A stretch of DNA of 56,204 nucleotides, from IMG/VR virus record IMGVR_UViG_3300017417_000001, positions 1 through 56,204 of that record; one strand, given 5' to 3'. The notes under the pieces are model-generated. The model saw only the letters and a list, made by a program, of their open reading frames with translations, searched no databases and was not told the DNA's origin. A program made the translations under genes and the position numbers. Shown one piece after another: positions 28,650 through 36,225 of the stretch (its first letter is position 1; the number at the start of each line of letters is the position of its first letter). The stretch is from a virus.

Positions 28650-29414
28650 ATGACGCGCTTCCTCGCGGCGCTGGCGCTTGCCTGCGCGCTCTCCAGCCAT
28701 GCCTGGGCTGATCCCACCTGCGACGACCAATTCCTCGGCGGCCAGAGGCCTGCACTCGCGGCGCCGGCCTCGGCCGATGTCGAGCTGTGCTCGGCCGATT
28801 TCGCCACCCTGTGGAGGCCGGCGACTCGGGACCCGGTCTACTCGGCCGAGCACCTGACGCCCGAGAACCTGACCAAGGCGGACCGCACGGCGCGTCTCGA
28901 CGCTTTCCACGCCGACGCGCGGCTGCCACACGGCATCCGAGCCGAGATGTCGGACTATGCCGGGAGCGCCTTCGACCGCGGCCACCTCGCGCCGGCGCAC
29001 GACATGCCGACGCCCGCGTCCATGCGCGAGAGCTTCGTGCTGTCGAACATGGCTCCCCAGGCGCCGGAGGCCAACCGGGGCGAGTGGGCCAAGGTGGAGG
29101 AATTCACCCGCCGCCTGGTGATCCTCGGCAAGGGCGCGTTCGTCGTCACCGCCCTGCAGTTCGACGCCCGGCCGAAGCTCTTGAGCGAGCGTGTGGCGAT
29201 CCCGGCCGCGTACCTGAAGGCAGTCTACGTCGAGCCCAACCCGTTCGCGCCCGCCGGCCAGGTCGGTGCCTATGCGCTCGCCAACACGGCCGGTGCCCGG
29301 CCCGAGGTCATCACCCTCGACGAGATGCAGCGCCGGACCGGGCTCGACCCGTTCCCGAGTCTGTCGCTGGCCGATCACGCCCGGGCCGACCTGCCGCCCG
29401 TGGCAGCGAAGTGA
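28650..29414 (+). CDS. Secreted DNA/RNA non-specific endonuclease (Serratia NucA / Endonuclease_NS family)
   Basis: Signal peptide MTRFLAALALACALSSHAWA. Catalytic DRGHLAP motif and SNMAPQ metal-binding motif. 254 aa. Confidence 0.85.
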   Translation: MTRFLAALALACALSSHAWADPTCDDQFLGGQRPALAAPASADVELCSADFATLWRPATRDPVYSAEHLTPENLTKADRTARLDAFHADARLPHGIRAEMSDYAGSAFDRGHLAPAHDMPTPASMRESFVLSNMAPQAPEANRGEWAKVEEFTRRLVILGKGAFVVTALQFDARPKLLSERVAIPAAYLKAVYVEPNPFAPAGQVGAYALANTAGARPEVITLDEMQRRTGLDPFPSLSLADHARADLPPVAAK

Positions 29415-29425
29415 GGGACTGACCC

Positions 29426-30163
29426 ATGGCCGCCACTCTCGACCGCGCGGCGTTCTTCGCGCACGTCCGCAAGCCGCTCTTCGGCGATCGCCTCTCGGCC
29501 GACCAGGTCGCGGGCATGGATGCAATCCTCGACGCCTGCCCAGCCGCGCTGCCGACCGACCCGCTGGCCTACGGATTCGCCACAACGTTCCGAGAGGCGG
29601 GCCCCACCATGCAGCCGATCCGGGAGATCGGCCGCGGCAAGGGGCGGTCCTACGGGCGCCCAGTGGGGCCACACAAGCAGGTCTACTACGGGCGCGGCCT
29701 CGTGCAGCTGACCTGGCTCGCGAACTACGTGAAGGTCACCGAAAAGCTGCGAAAGCTCGGGCTGTTGAAACCAGGCGAAGATCTAGCAGCCAATCCAGAC
29801 CTGGCGATGCGCCCGGACCTGGCTGCCGCGATCCTGTTCCACGGCATGATCGAAGGCTGGTTCACCGGGAAGAAGCTCTCGGACTACTTCGGGCACGGCA
29901 AGAGCAACCCGCGCGGGGCCCGGGCCATCATCAACGGCACCGACCACGCCGCGCTGATCGCTGGCTACTTCACGCACTTCAGAGCCGCGCTGATCGTCGC
30001 CAAGCACGGCGCGGCGGTCGAGCCAACGGCAGCGCCCGTACAGCCAGCAGCGGCCGACCCGAGCCCCCAGAAGGCGGCCCCGCCCCCCGCTGCTCACAAG
30101 CCCGTTGCCGTGAAGAAGCGCGCGGCGCCTGTCCACCACATCATCCACCGCGGGAGGCACTGA
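29426..30163 (+). CDS. Endolysin, glycoside hydrolase family 19 (chitinase-like lysozyme)
   Basis: The signature is FATTFREAG...YYGRGLVQLTWLANY...INGTDH. The C-terminus is a Pro/Ala-rich tail. Confidence 0.85.
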   Translation: MAATLDRAAFFAHVRKPLFGDRLSADQVAGMDAILDACPAALPTDPLAYGFATTFREAGPTMQPIREIGRGKGRSYGRPVGPHKQVYYGRGLVQLTWLANYVKVTEKLRKLGLLKPGEDLAANPDLAMRPDLAAAILFHGMIEGWFTGKKLSDYFGHGKSNPRGARAIINGTDHAALIAGYFTHFRAALIVAKHGAAVEPTAAPVQPAAADPSPQKAAPPPAAHKPVAVKKRAAPVHHIIHRGRH

Positions 30164-30318
30164 TGACCAAGGACCGGCGCACGCCGATCAAGCCGCCCGC
30201 TGTTCGCCCCGGCATGGAGCATCACGGCGAGATGAAGCCGGTCCGGTACCAGCCGCGACCGTCGCTCACTTTCCGGTTCGGTGCTTGGCTCTACGAGAAG
30301 CTGAAGGGCCGGGGCTGA
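30163..30318 (+). CDS. Small basic hypothetical protein
   Basis: 51-aa ORF whose ATG overlaps the endolysin stop (TGATG). Confidence 0.35.
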   Translation: MTKDRRTPIKPPAVRPGMEHHGEMKPVRYQPRPSLTFRFGAWLYEKLKGRG

Positions 30319-30320
30319 CC

Positions 30321-30506
30321 ATGAAGTGGTTCCTCGCCGCCCTGTTCGTCCTCGGCGTCAGCCTGATCGCCTGGGGCTCTGCCATCACCAACGGGCCCGG
30401 CTCGGCCGACGAGCGCGTAGCTGGTGCTTTCCCGGTCCTGATCGGGGTGGGCTTCCTCGTGACCGATTTCATCATCGCCCTCGCCTGGCTGCTGATCCGC
30501 GTCTGA
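30321..30506 (+). CDS. Putative holin (two TM helices)
   Basis: Start at MKWFLAALFVLGVSLIAWG, with a second TM helix FPVLIGVGFLVTDFIIALAWLLI. 61 aa, next to the endolysin. Confidence 0.45.
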   Translation: MKWFLAALFVLGVSLIAWGSAITNGPGSADERVAGAFPVLIGVGFLVTDFIIALAWLLIRV

Positions 30507-30594
30507 CCGAATGACCCTCGCGCGCCCAGGCAGGTCGCCGCGCGCTCCGTCAAATCTACCGCGCCGGCGGCTCCCGGCATCCAGAGGCTCCCCC

Positions 30595-30849
30595 ATGTCC
30601 TTCCTGTCCTCCATGCTCTCCTTCCTCGTGAAGGAGGCGCCGCACGCGGCCGAAGATCTGCAGACCCTGAACACCATGACGAAGAGCATCCGCGACGTGC
30701 TCACCAAGCTGCCGAGCAACGCCCGCGAGGTCCAGGCCGCGCTGACCGCGCTCGAGACCGTCGCCCAGCAGGGTTTTCAGGCCATCGCCGCACACAGCTC
30801 CACGGTCGCCGCGCCGGGCAAGTCGGCGACCACAACGGCCAAGAAGTAG
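30595..30849 (+). CDS. Small hypothetical protein
   Basis: ATG preceded by AGAGG. 84 aa, helical and Lys-rich at the C-terminus. Confidence 0.45.
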   Translation: MSFLSSMLSFLVKEAPHAAEDLQTLNTMTKSIRDVLTKLPSNAREVQAALTALETVAQQGFQAIAAHSSTVAAPGKSATTTAKK

Positions 30850-30912
30850 CGCCCACCCGCGCCCTGAGCGCCGGCAGGTAGTCCGGCGCGCCACTCATCC
30901 CCGGAGATACCC

Positions 30913-31563
30913 GTGAACCGCATCATCCTGGTGGCGCTCGCGCTCGCCCTCTTCGCTGCTCCGGCCCTCGCCGCGGAGGCCGTCGGCACGGTCGGGCCCG
31001 GCACCGCCGTCGTCTTTTGGTGGGGGCCCTGGCTCCTCGCCCTGTCCAACGCCTTCGCCGAGGCCATCGTCCCGGTGATCACGGCGGCTGTCATCGGCTA
31101 CCTCGCCAAGAACTACCCGGTGCTGAAGGCCTTCGTGACGGACAGGTTCGTCAACGAGCAGGTCCAGAAGGCGGTCGACTACGCCTTGAACGCCGAGGCC
31201 GACGCGATCCGGGGCGGCTTCGTCAAGGTGGAGGTCGGACCGGGCGTCCTCGGAACCGCGGTCGCCCGCATGGCTGAGAACGCCGACTTCAACCTGCTCG
31301 GCAAGAAGGCGATGCAGTGGGCCGGCGGCCCGGAGGCGGTGGCCAAGAAGGCGTTCCGGATGATGCATTTCGAGCAGGGCGTCTCTGCCGAGAACGTGCT
31401 GATCCCGGTGCTCCAGAAGATCGCGGACGGGACTCTTCTGCCGGAGAAGGCCGCGAGCCTGAAGGTCGTCCCGACCCCGGCCACCAAGGTCGTGCCGAAG
31501 GTGCCGGCGGCGCCGCTGCACAAGGCGCCAGCCGCGCCCGCAAAGCATCCGACAGCCCGCTGA
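30913..31563 (+). CDS. Membrane/secreted protein of the lysis region
   Basis: GTG start. Signal-like MNRIILVALALALFAAPALAAEA followed by hydrophobic helices. 216 aa. Confidence 0.6.
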   Translation: MNRIILVALALALFAAPALAAEAVGTVGPGTAVVFWWGPWLLALSNAFAEAIVPVITAAVIGYLAKNYPVLKAFVTDRFVNEQVQKAVDYALNAEADAIRGGFVKVEVGPGVLGTAVARMAENADFNLLGKKAMQWAGGPEAVAKKAFRMMHFEQGVSAENVLIPVLQKIADGTLLPEKAASLKVVPTPATKVVPKVPAAPLHKAPAAPAKHPTAR

Positions 31564-31568
31564 TCCGG

Positions 31569-32015
31569 ATGCCATCCCGCGCACTCGCCCGGTGGTTGCT
31601 CGTCCTCACCCTGACAGCGGCGGGCTGCCTCGCGGCGTTCGGAGCCTGGGCGCAGGCGGCCGAGGCGACGCAGGCGGCCGTTAAGGCCGGCGACTGGTAC
31701 CTGACGCAGGGCGTTCTCGGTGTCACGTGCTTGGTGCTCCTACTCACGGTCGGCTTCTTGTTTTGGAAACTCGACCGCCTCAGCACCTCGATCATGCGTG
31801 AGGTGATCACCGCCCTCCAGGCGAACACGGCTGCGACGGCGGCCGGCAACGTCACGATCACCGCGCTCAAGACGACCCTCGAGGCCACCGACGACGGCGT
31901 CGAGAAGCTGTCGCATCAGACGGAACTCGCAGCCCAGGCGGCCGCCTCTAGGGGCGTCGAGATCCTGGAAAATCAGAAAGAGATCAAGCGACGCCTGGAG
32001 GGCCGGCCCTCATGA
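31569..32015 (+). CDS. Membrane protein with lipobox-like N-terminus and coiled-coil C-terminus (spanin-like candidate)
   Basis: LTLTAAGC is a possible lipobox. A TM helix (GVLGVTCLVLLLTVGFLFW) is followed by a helical C-terminus. 148 aa. Confidence 0.5.
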   Translation: MPSRALARWLLVLTLTAAGCLAAFGAWAQAAEATQAAVKAGDWYLTQGVLGVTCLVLLLTVGFLFWKLDRLSTSIMREVITALQANTAATAAGNVTITALKTTLEATDDGVEKLSHQTELAAQAAASRGVEILENQKEIKRRLEGRPS

Positions 32016-32299
32016 CGTGGAAGTCCCTGATGGCCCTGATCATTCCGGCGGCCCTCCGGAAGGACGCCCACGCCGAATTTACACGGGCCATCGCTGCCAG
32101 CGTGCACGCGAGCAAGAGCCGGCGAAAGGCGCTCGTTCAGGTCACGATGGCCGCCGACACCCGCGCATCCTCGATGGAAGCCACGATCCATCGCATCGAA
32201 GGCCGATCGGGAGATCGCCTGACAGACCGTCCGCAGGTTGGCGAAGCCGCCTACAGGGTCGCCGAGGCGACGCGCGAGTTCCTGAGAAAGCAGCGATGA
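32012..32299 (+). CDS. Hypothetical protein
   Basis: 95-aa ORF with 4-nt overlaps on both sides. Confidence 0.5.
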   Translation: MTWKSLMALIIPAALRKDAHAEFTRAIAASVHASKSRRKALVQVTMAADTRASSMEATIHRIEGRSGDRLTDRPQVGEAAYRVAEATREFLRKQR

Positions 32300-32844
32300 A
32301 GGTCGTCATGGAGATTGCCCGCAGCCGCACGCTGTGGGTCGGGCTTTTGCTGATGGTCGGGTATTGGGTCATCGTTCCCTGGGTACCGATCAAGCCGCAG
32401 AACGAGTTCCTTCGCATTGGACGGACGGTCGCGGCGATCGCGGTCTCGATCGCGTTCCTGCCGGGGATCGTAAAGGCCCTGCGCACGCCTTGGCCGACTT
32501 ACAGTGGCCAGCTGATCCTCGGAATCGTGCTGTCGTGGATCGGCGTCTCGGGCTCGGCTGGTTGGGTACTCATCTGGTCCATGGCAGGTCAGCCGCAGTG
32601 GATGCTGGACTCAAACGTCAACGGCTTTTTTCTATGGATGCAGATCTTGGGAGCTGCGCTGCACCTCACAGCAAAGCACAGCGTCGAGGACGACATCCCG
32701 CGGCCAAACTGGATCCGTCTCGGCATCGCAGTAGCCTTCCTGGTGCTGATCGGAATCGGATTCATGGCGAGCGCGCCCGACATGCACAGCTTGGCGGCTG
32801 CGCTGAAGCCTTGGTTCGCCGAAAATCCAGATCTGCCCGACTGA
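32296..32844 (+). CDS. Polytopic membrane protein
   Basis: ATG at 32296, 182 aa, with about five hydrophobic helices. Confidence 0.6.
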   Translation: MKVVMEIARSRTLWVGLLLMVGYWVIVPWVPIKPQNEFLRIGRTVAAIAVSIAFLPGIVKALRTPWPTYSGQLILGIVLSWIGVSGSAGWVLIWSMAGQPQWMLDSNVNGFFLWMQILGAALHLTAKHSVEDDIPRPNWIRLGIAVAFLVLIGIGFMASAPDMHSLAAALKPWFAENPDLPD

Positions 32845-33013
32845 TGCAGCACATGTGCTCGTTCGACCACGGGATGGCCACGCTATGGTTCTCGCTGGGG
32901 GCCGGGTGCGGGCTTCTAGCAGCATACTTCGCGCTGCGTCCGCCATCGGACTGACCGGGAACGAAAGCCCTGTCTGCGGGTCTATCTCCCGTCCCTCAAT
33001 GAACCACCTTCAG

Positions 33014-33049
33014 CCCCGCCGGCACCGCCGCGCGGGGTTTTCCTGTTTT
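33014..33049 (+). terminator. Rho-independent terminator closing the plus-strand late operon
   Basis: CCCCGCCGGCACCGCCGCGCGGGG forms a stem of about 10 bp with one bulge. It is followed by TTTTCCTGTTTT. Confidence 0.6.
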
Positions 33050-33404
33050 AATCCTCCAAGTCTCTGAGCTTCCACCATGCGTAACTTTGCAAAAGCCCAA
33101 CAAGAAATCCGGTAAACATAAGAGCGTAGCCGTCTCTAATGGTGTAATTAAAATAAGTATGGGGGTAAAATACCCCCGTCGTTGCTGGTCCGATAGCAGA
33201 AACAGCTAATATTCCCAACGAAAGAGCATTAATAAATGCCGCCTTTAATTTCTTAACCTCATTCCTAGCTGATTTAGTCTTAGGCTTAAATCTTCTGAGA
33301 TCAAATATAGACGTTATAGCAAAAAAAATCACTGAAACACAAACGAAAAGAATTTCCATAATATTTGGATTATTGAATTGACCAACTAAATAACTAGTTA
33401 TCAT
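33048..33404 (-). CDS. AT-rich three-TM membrane protein (accessory cassette)
   Basis: 118-aa ORF that is strikingly AT-rich in a GC-rich genome. Its ATG follows directly on the TAG of the upstream gene (GGGAGGGA TAG ATG). Confidence 0.7.
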   Translation of the reverse strand: MITSYLVGQFNNPNIMEILFVCVSVIFFAITSIFDLRRFKPKTKSARNEVKKLKAAFINALSLGILAVSAIGPATTGVFYPHTYFNYTIRDGYALMFTGFLVGLLQSYAWWKLRDLED

Positions 33405-33650
33405 CTATCCCTCCCGCACCTCACTCGGCCCGAGCTCCACGATCACTGCCCGCCCGGCCGAGGTCAGAAACCAAGCCAGCTGCCTTCGTCCGGGCCCGTG
33501 AGCCCGCCGGGCCTCGACCAGGCCCATCTGCGTCAGCATCGGCATGTAGCTCGGATAGGCTCGGTACCGCAGCCCCTGCGGGTTGGCGGCGCAGGCCCGG
33601 AGCGCCAGGAGCGCGCGTCCGCGGATTGGAGCGTGAGGTTCGGTCGGCAT
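33405..33650 (-). CDS. Small winged-helix-like DNA-binding protein
   Basis: 81 aa. LLALRACAANPQGLRYRAYPSYMPMLTQMGLVEAR...WFLTSAGR resembles a MarR/wHTH fold. Confidence 0.55.
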   Translation of the reverse strand: MPTEPHAPIRGRALLALRACAANPQGLRYRAYPSYMPMLTQMGLVEARRAHGPGRRQLAWFLTSAGRAVIVELGPSEVREG

Positions 33651-33654
33651 CCGG

Positions 33655-33855
33655 TCAGCGGCCCTCGACGAGCCAGAGCAGCAGGCCGGCGACCGCCATC
33701 AGAGCGACGAAGGCCGCGGCGCCGCTGGCATCACGCAGGCTGATCACACCCCCGTCCCGGACCGTCGTGGCGACCCTCGCGACCAGATAGCCGCCGGCAG
33801 CGCCCGACAGGATGACGGCCGCGATGAGGATCCAGCCGGTGAGGGTTTGGGGCAT
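33655..33855 (-). CDS. Small two-TM membrane protein
   Basis: 66 aa with two hydrophobic helices. No obvious Shine-Dalgarno sequence. Confidence 0.45.
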   Translation of the reverse strand: MPQTLTGWILIAAVILSGAAGGYLVARVATTVRDGGVISLRDASGAAAFVALMAVAGLLLWLVEGR

Positions 33856-33917
33856 CGAGCAGAGTAGTTTCTGTCGGGATAACTGTCGGGTCAGCTATTC
33901 CAAACTCTGCTAAGTCT

Positions 33918-33967
33918 TGGTCGGAGTGGCAGGATTTGAACCTGCGACCCCCACGTCCCGAACGTCG
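33918..33967 (-). other. attP core: 3' about 50 nt of a tRNA-Pro(CGG) gene (anticodon arm, T arm, acceptor 3' strand, CCA)
   Basis: The reverse complement reads CGACG-TTCGGGA-CGTGG-GGGTC-GCAGG-TTCAAAT-CCTGC-CACTCCG-A-CCA. There is no matching 5' acceptor strand or D arm upstream. The integrase gene is adjacent. Confidence 0.8.
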
Positions 33968-33977
33968 GGGTGTTGCT

Positions 33978-35183
33978 TCAGCGCGTAGTGCGGCGGGCGA
34001 TTTCCAGAACGTTTGTCCGCGTTTGTTCACGCTCGTTTCTGTCGTTCCTGTCTGGTTTCAGTCGGTCTTGCCGGGACCGCCCGCCGGCCTTGGCCGCAGC
34101 CTCGCGCTGGTAGTCCGGGTGATGGTGCCAGTAGTGCCGCTCGATCGTCTCGACCGTGGTGGCATAGAAGCCGGCCGCGTCCTCCTTCGTCATGCCGTTG
34201 TGCATGCCCCAGGTGATCGCGGTGTGCTTCAGGATATGGGGCGTCACGTCGCTGCCGAGGCCCGCATCTCCGACGGCTCGCCGGAACGCCTTGTCGACGT
34301 CCATGACCGGTGCGCCGTTCCACTCGACAACGTGATTCCGGCATAGGCCCTGACGGCGCCAGCGGCGCAGGTGAGCCAGCAGGCGATCGGGAAGACGGAC
34401 CGGCAGCTTGCGCTTGTTCGTCTCGCGCTCGCCGGCGGGTCGCCGGTAGAAGACGCCGGTGTCGAGGTTGATCCAGCCCCTCCCCTCGGTCGGCTCGAAC
34501 GAGGCCGCGCAGATAGCGCCGGCCCGGGTGCCGGTATAAAGCGCGACCAAGATGAAGCGCGCGACGTGGCGGCGCGATCGGCGGCCCGTGGCGTGCCCCT
34601 TCTGCACCTCGCGGTATCGGTAGGCGGCGTGAATCAGTCGGGCGGCCTCAGCGCGGGTCAGCCAGCGCTCGCGGGCGACGCCCTTCTCCGGCAACACGAC
34701 GCGCACGATCTCGCGGTGCAGACCCTCGCGCAGGTGGTGCTCGATCGCGGATCGGAGATCTTCGAGCTGTCGCCGGGTCCCACCCTTGGCGACGTAGGCA
34801 CGGCAGGATTCGCCTGTGACCTGGGCCAGCGTCTTCGATCCCCAGAACCGCTGCAGCGCCGCGGCACGCTGCGCGACCTCCTTCGGCCTCGCCTGCCGGG
34901 CGGCGCAGTCGGTCAGGTAGATGTTGATGACGTCGGCGACCGAGATGGCAGCGAGTGGACGGTGGCCCTCGCGCGGCGGCTCATGCTTCTCGGCGAGGTA
35001 GCGGGCGAGGGCTTGCTCGGCTTCCGGAGGAGCTCGTCGATCGTCCTCGACAAGGACGCCTGTGCTGCGCTTGGTGCGACCGTCTCGGACGACCCAGACG
35101 GATCGCTCGATGAGTTCTCCTGTGTTCGGATCGCGCCGCTCGGCCTGAGCATAGAGACGGGCGCCCTTCGAAGGCCGCGACAT
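33978..35183 (-). CDS. int: Tyrosine recombinase / phage integrase
   Basis: 401 aa. Box II reads TPHILKHTAITW and the putative nucleophile Tyr lies in ETIERHYWH. The gene sits next to the tRNA-derived attP. Confidence 0.92.
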   Translation of the reverse strand: MSRPSKGARLYAQAERRDPNTGELIERSVWVVRDGRTKRSTGVLVEDDRRAPPEAEQALARYLAEKHEPPREGHRPLAAISVADVINIYLTDCAARQARPKEVAQRAAALQRFWGSKTLAQVTGESCRAYVAKGGTRRQLEDLRSAIEHHLREGLHREIVRVVLPEKGVARERWLTRAEAARLIHAAYRYREVQKGHATGRRSRRHVARFILVALYTGTRAGAICAASFEPTEGRGWINLDTGVFYRRPAGERETNKRKLPVRLPDRLLAHLRRWRRQGLCRNHVVEWNGAPVMDVDKAFRRAVGDAGLGSDVTPHILKHTAITWGMHNGMTKEDAAGFYATTVETIERHYWHHHPDYQREAAAKAGGRSRQDRLKPDRNDRNEREQTRTNVLEIARRTTR

Positions 35184-35392
35184 GCTTCTCTCATCCGTTC
35201 GATCTGCCGAAGGGTGGTGTACTCCTTACCCGCCGTGAACTCGGTTACCAGGCGCCCGGCATCGCGCTCCTTCCGGAGACCGCTCGCCGTCATGCCGCCG
35301 CCGGGATAGGCCAGCTCTGCGGCTACGTCGAGCCGGAGCGGCGTGTCGTTGGTGACCTGATCCCGCTCAGGCAAGCGGACGGACCTACCCAT
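34913..35392 (-). CDS. Excisionase-like / DNA-binding protein (3' end uncertain; the frame runs 270 nt into int)
   Basis: ATG at 35392. The N-terminal 70 aa look HTH-like (LRLDVAAELAYPGGGMTASGLRKERDAGRL...TTLRQIERMREACR). The remainder is S/P/R-rich, like off-frame sequence. Confidence 0.5.
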   Translation of the reverse strand: MGRSVRLPERDQVTNDTPLRLDVAAELAYPGGGMTASGLRKERDAGRLVTEFTAGKEYTTLRQIERMREACRGLRRAPVSMLRPSGAIRTQENSSSDPSGSSETVAPSAAQASLSRTIDELLRKPSKPSPATSPRSMSRRARATVHSLPSRSPTSSTST

Positions 35393-35870
35393 TGTCGCCC
35401 GCCCCCTTGATCTTCGTGGAGCGGGGCTGAAGGGCGGGCGGAACAGGCAAGGCGTCAAGAGGAAGCCAAAAGAGGGGCGCCCACTCATTGTCGTCTTCTT
35501 CGACCTCGTAGAACCCTTCCTGCCAATCCTCGGGGCTCCCGCCCTCTTCCGCAATGATAGCCTCAACAGACAGCCATTTGACCTGTCGTATGCCGCTGTC
35601 AAACAAATAGGCCCATATCGGCGTGCCGTCTCTGGGTGCCGTCTCGATCGGCCTCCACCCCATCGCCTCGCCCCCGTCGCCGGTAGCCGAGCGCAGAGAG
35701 GCGACTAGAGCGGCTCTGGCGCGTTTTTGATCTTCGTTCGCTTCGTGCTCGTCGCCGGTAGATCCGAGCAAGTAAGCCGTCGCGGCGCTCTCGCTCGTCC
35801 TGATCAGTTCATCAATCAGTGCCTCAATCTCCGCCAGTTCCCCTGGCGCGCGGGGAGGGTTAGCTGGCAT
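35385..35870 (-). CDS. DUF551-like protein (WRPIETAPRDGTPIW motif)
   Basis: ATG at 35870, 161 aa. The motif is common in phage early proteins. Confidence 0.65.
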   Translation of the reverse strand: MPANPPRAPGELAEIEALIDELIRTSESAATAYLLGSTGDEHEANEDQKRARAALVASLRSATGDGGEAMGWRPIETAPRDGTPIWAYLFDSGIRQVKWLSVEAIIAEEGGSPEDWQEGFYEVEEDDNEWAPLFWLPLDALPVPPALQPRSTKIKGAGDNG

Positions 35871-36225
35871 TGGATCCTCGCTTGGTCGGGAAGGCGCCAT
35901 CGACGATGTTGCTGTGGCGCAGGGGCCGGGCGACGTAGTCCCCGCGCTGGCGGCGATTGCGTCCCAGCGTTGGGTAGCCGCAATCCCGGGCCACGTAGTC
36001 AGCGACCCGCGAAGCCTCGGTGTAGCCCCACTCGTCATCGCCGTAGCCGCAGCATACGACTTCATGCGTGCTGACGCCGGTGAGGACGATCACCGCGGCG
36101 ACCGGCTCAATCTCGATCTCGTCGCGATCAACGAAGTCGGCCAGTTCGCGCAGATAGGCGGCAAGCTGGGCTCGCTTGGTGTACGAGCGTGCAGCGGCGG
36201 TCGGAAACGAGACGGCCTCAGCCAT
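35860..36225 (-). CDS. Hypothetical early protein
   Basis: ATG at 36225 preceded by GGGAGA. 121 aa. Confidence 0.6.
   Translation of the reverse strand: MAEAVSFPTAAARSYTKRAQLAAYLRELADFVDRDEIEIEPVAAVIVLTGVSTHEVVCCGYGDDEWGYTEASRVADYVARDCGYPTLGRNRRQRGDYVARPLRHSNIVDGAFPTKRGSNAS

Noticed and set aside
33918-33995. A complete tRNA gene on the minus strand.
   Set aside because: Only the anticodon arm, T arm and 3' acceptor strand fold. The upstream 25-30 nt do not provide a complementary 5' acceptor strand (CGGAGTG) or a D arm. This is an attP fragment.
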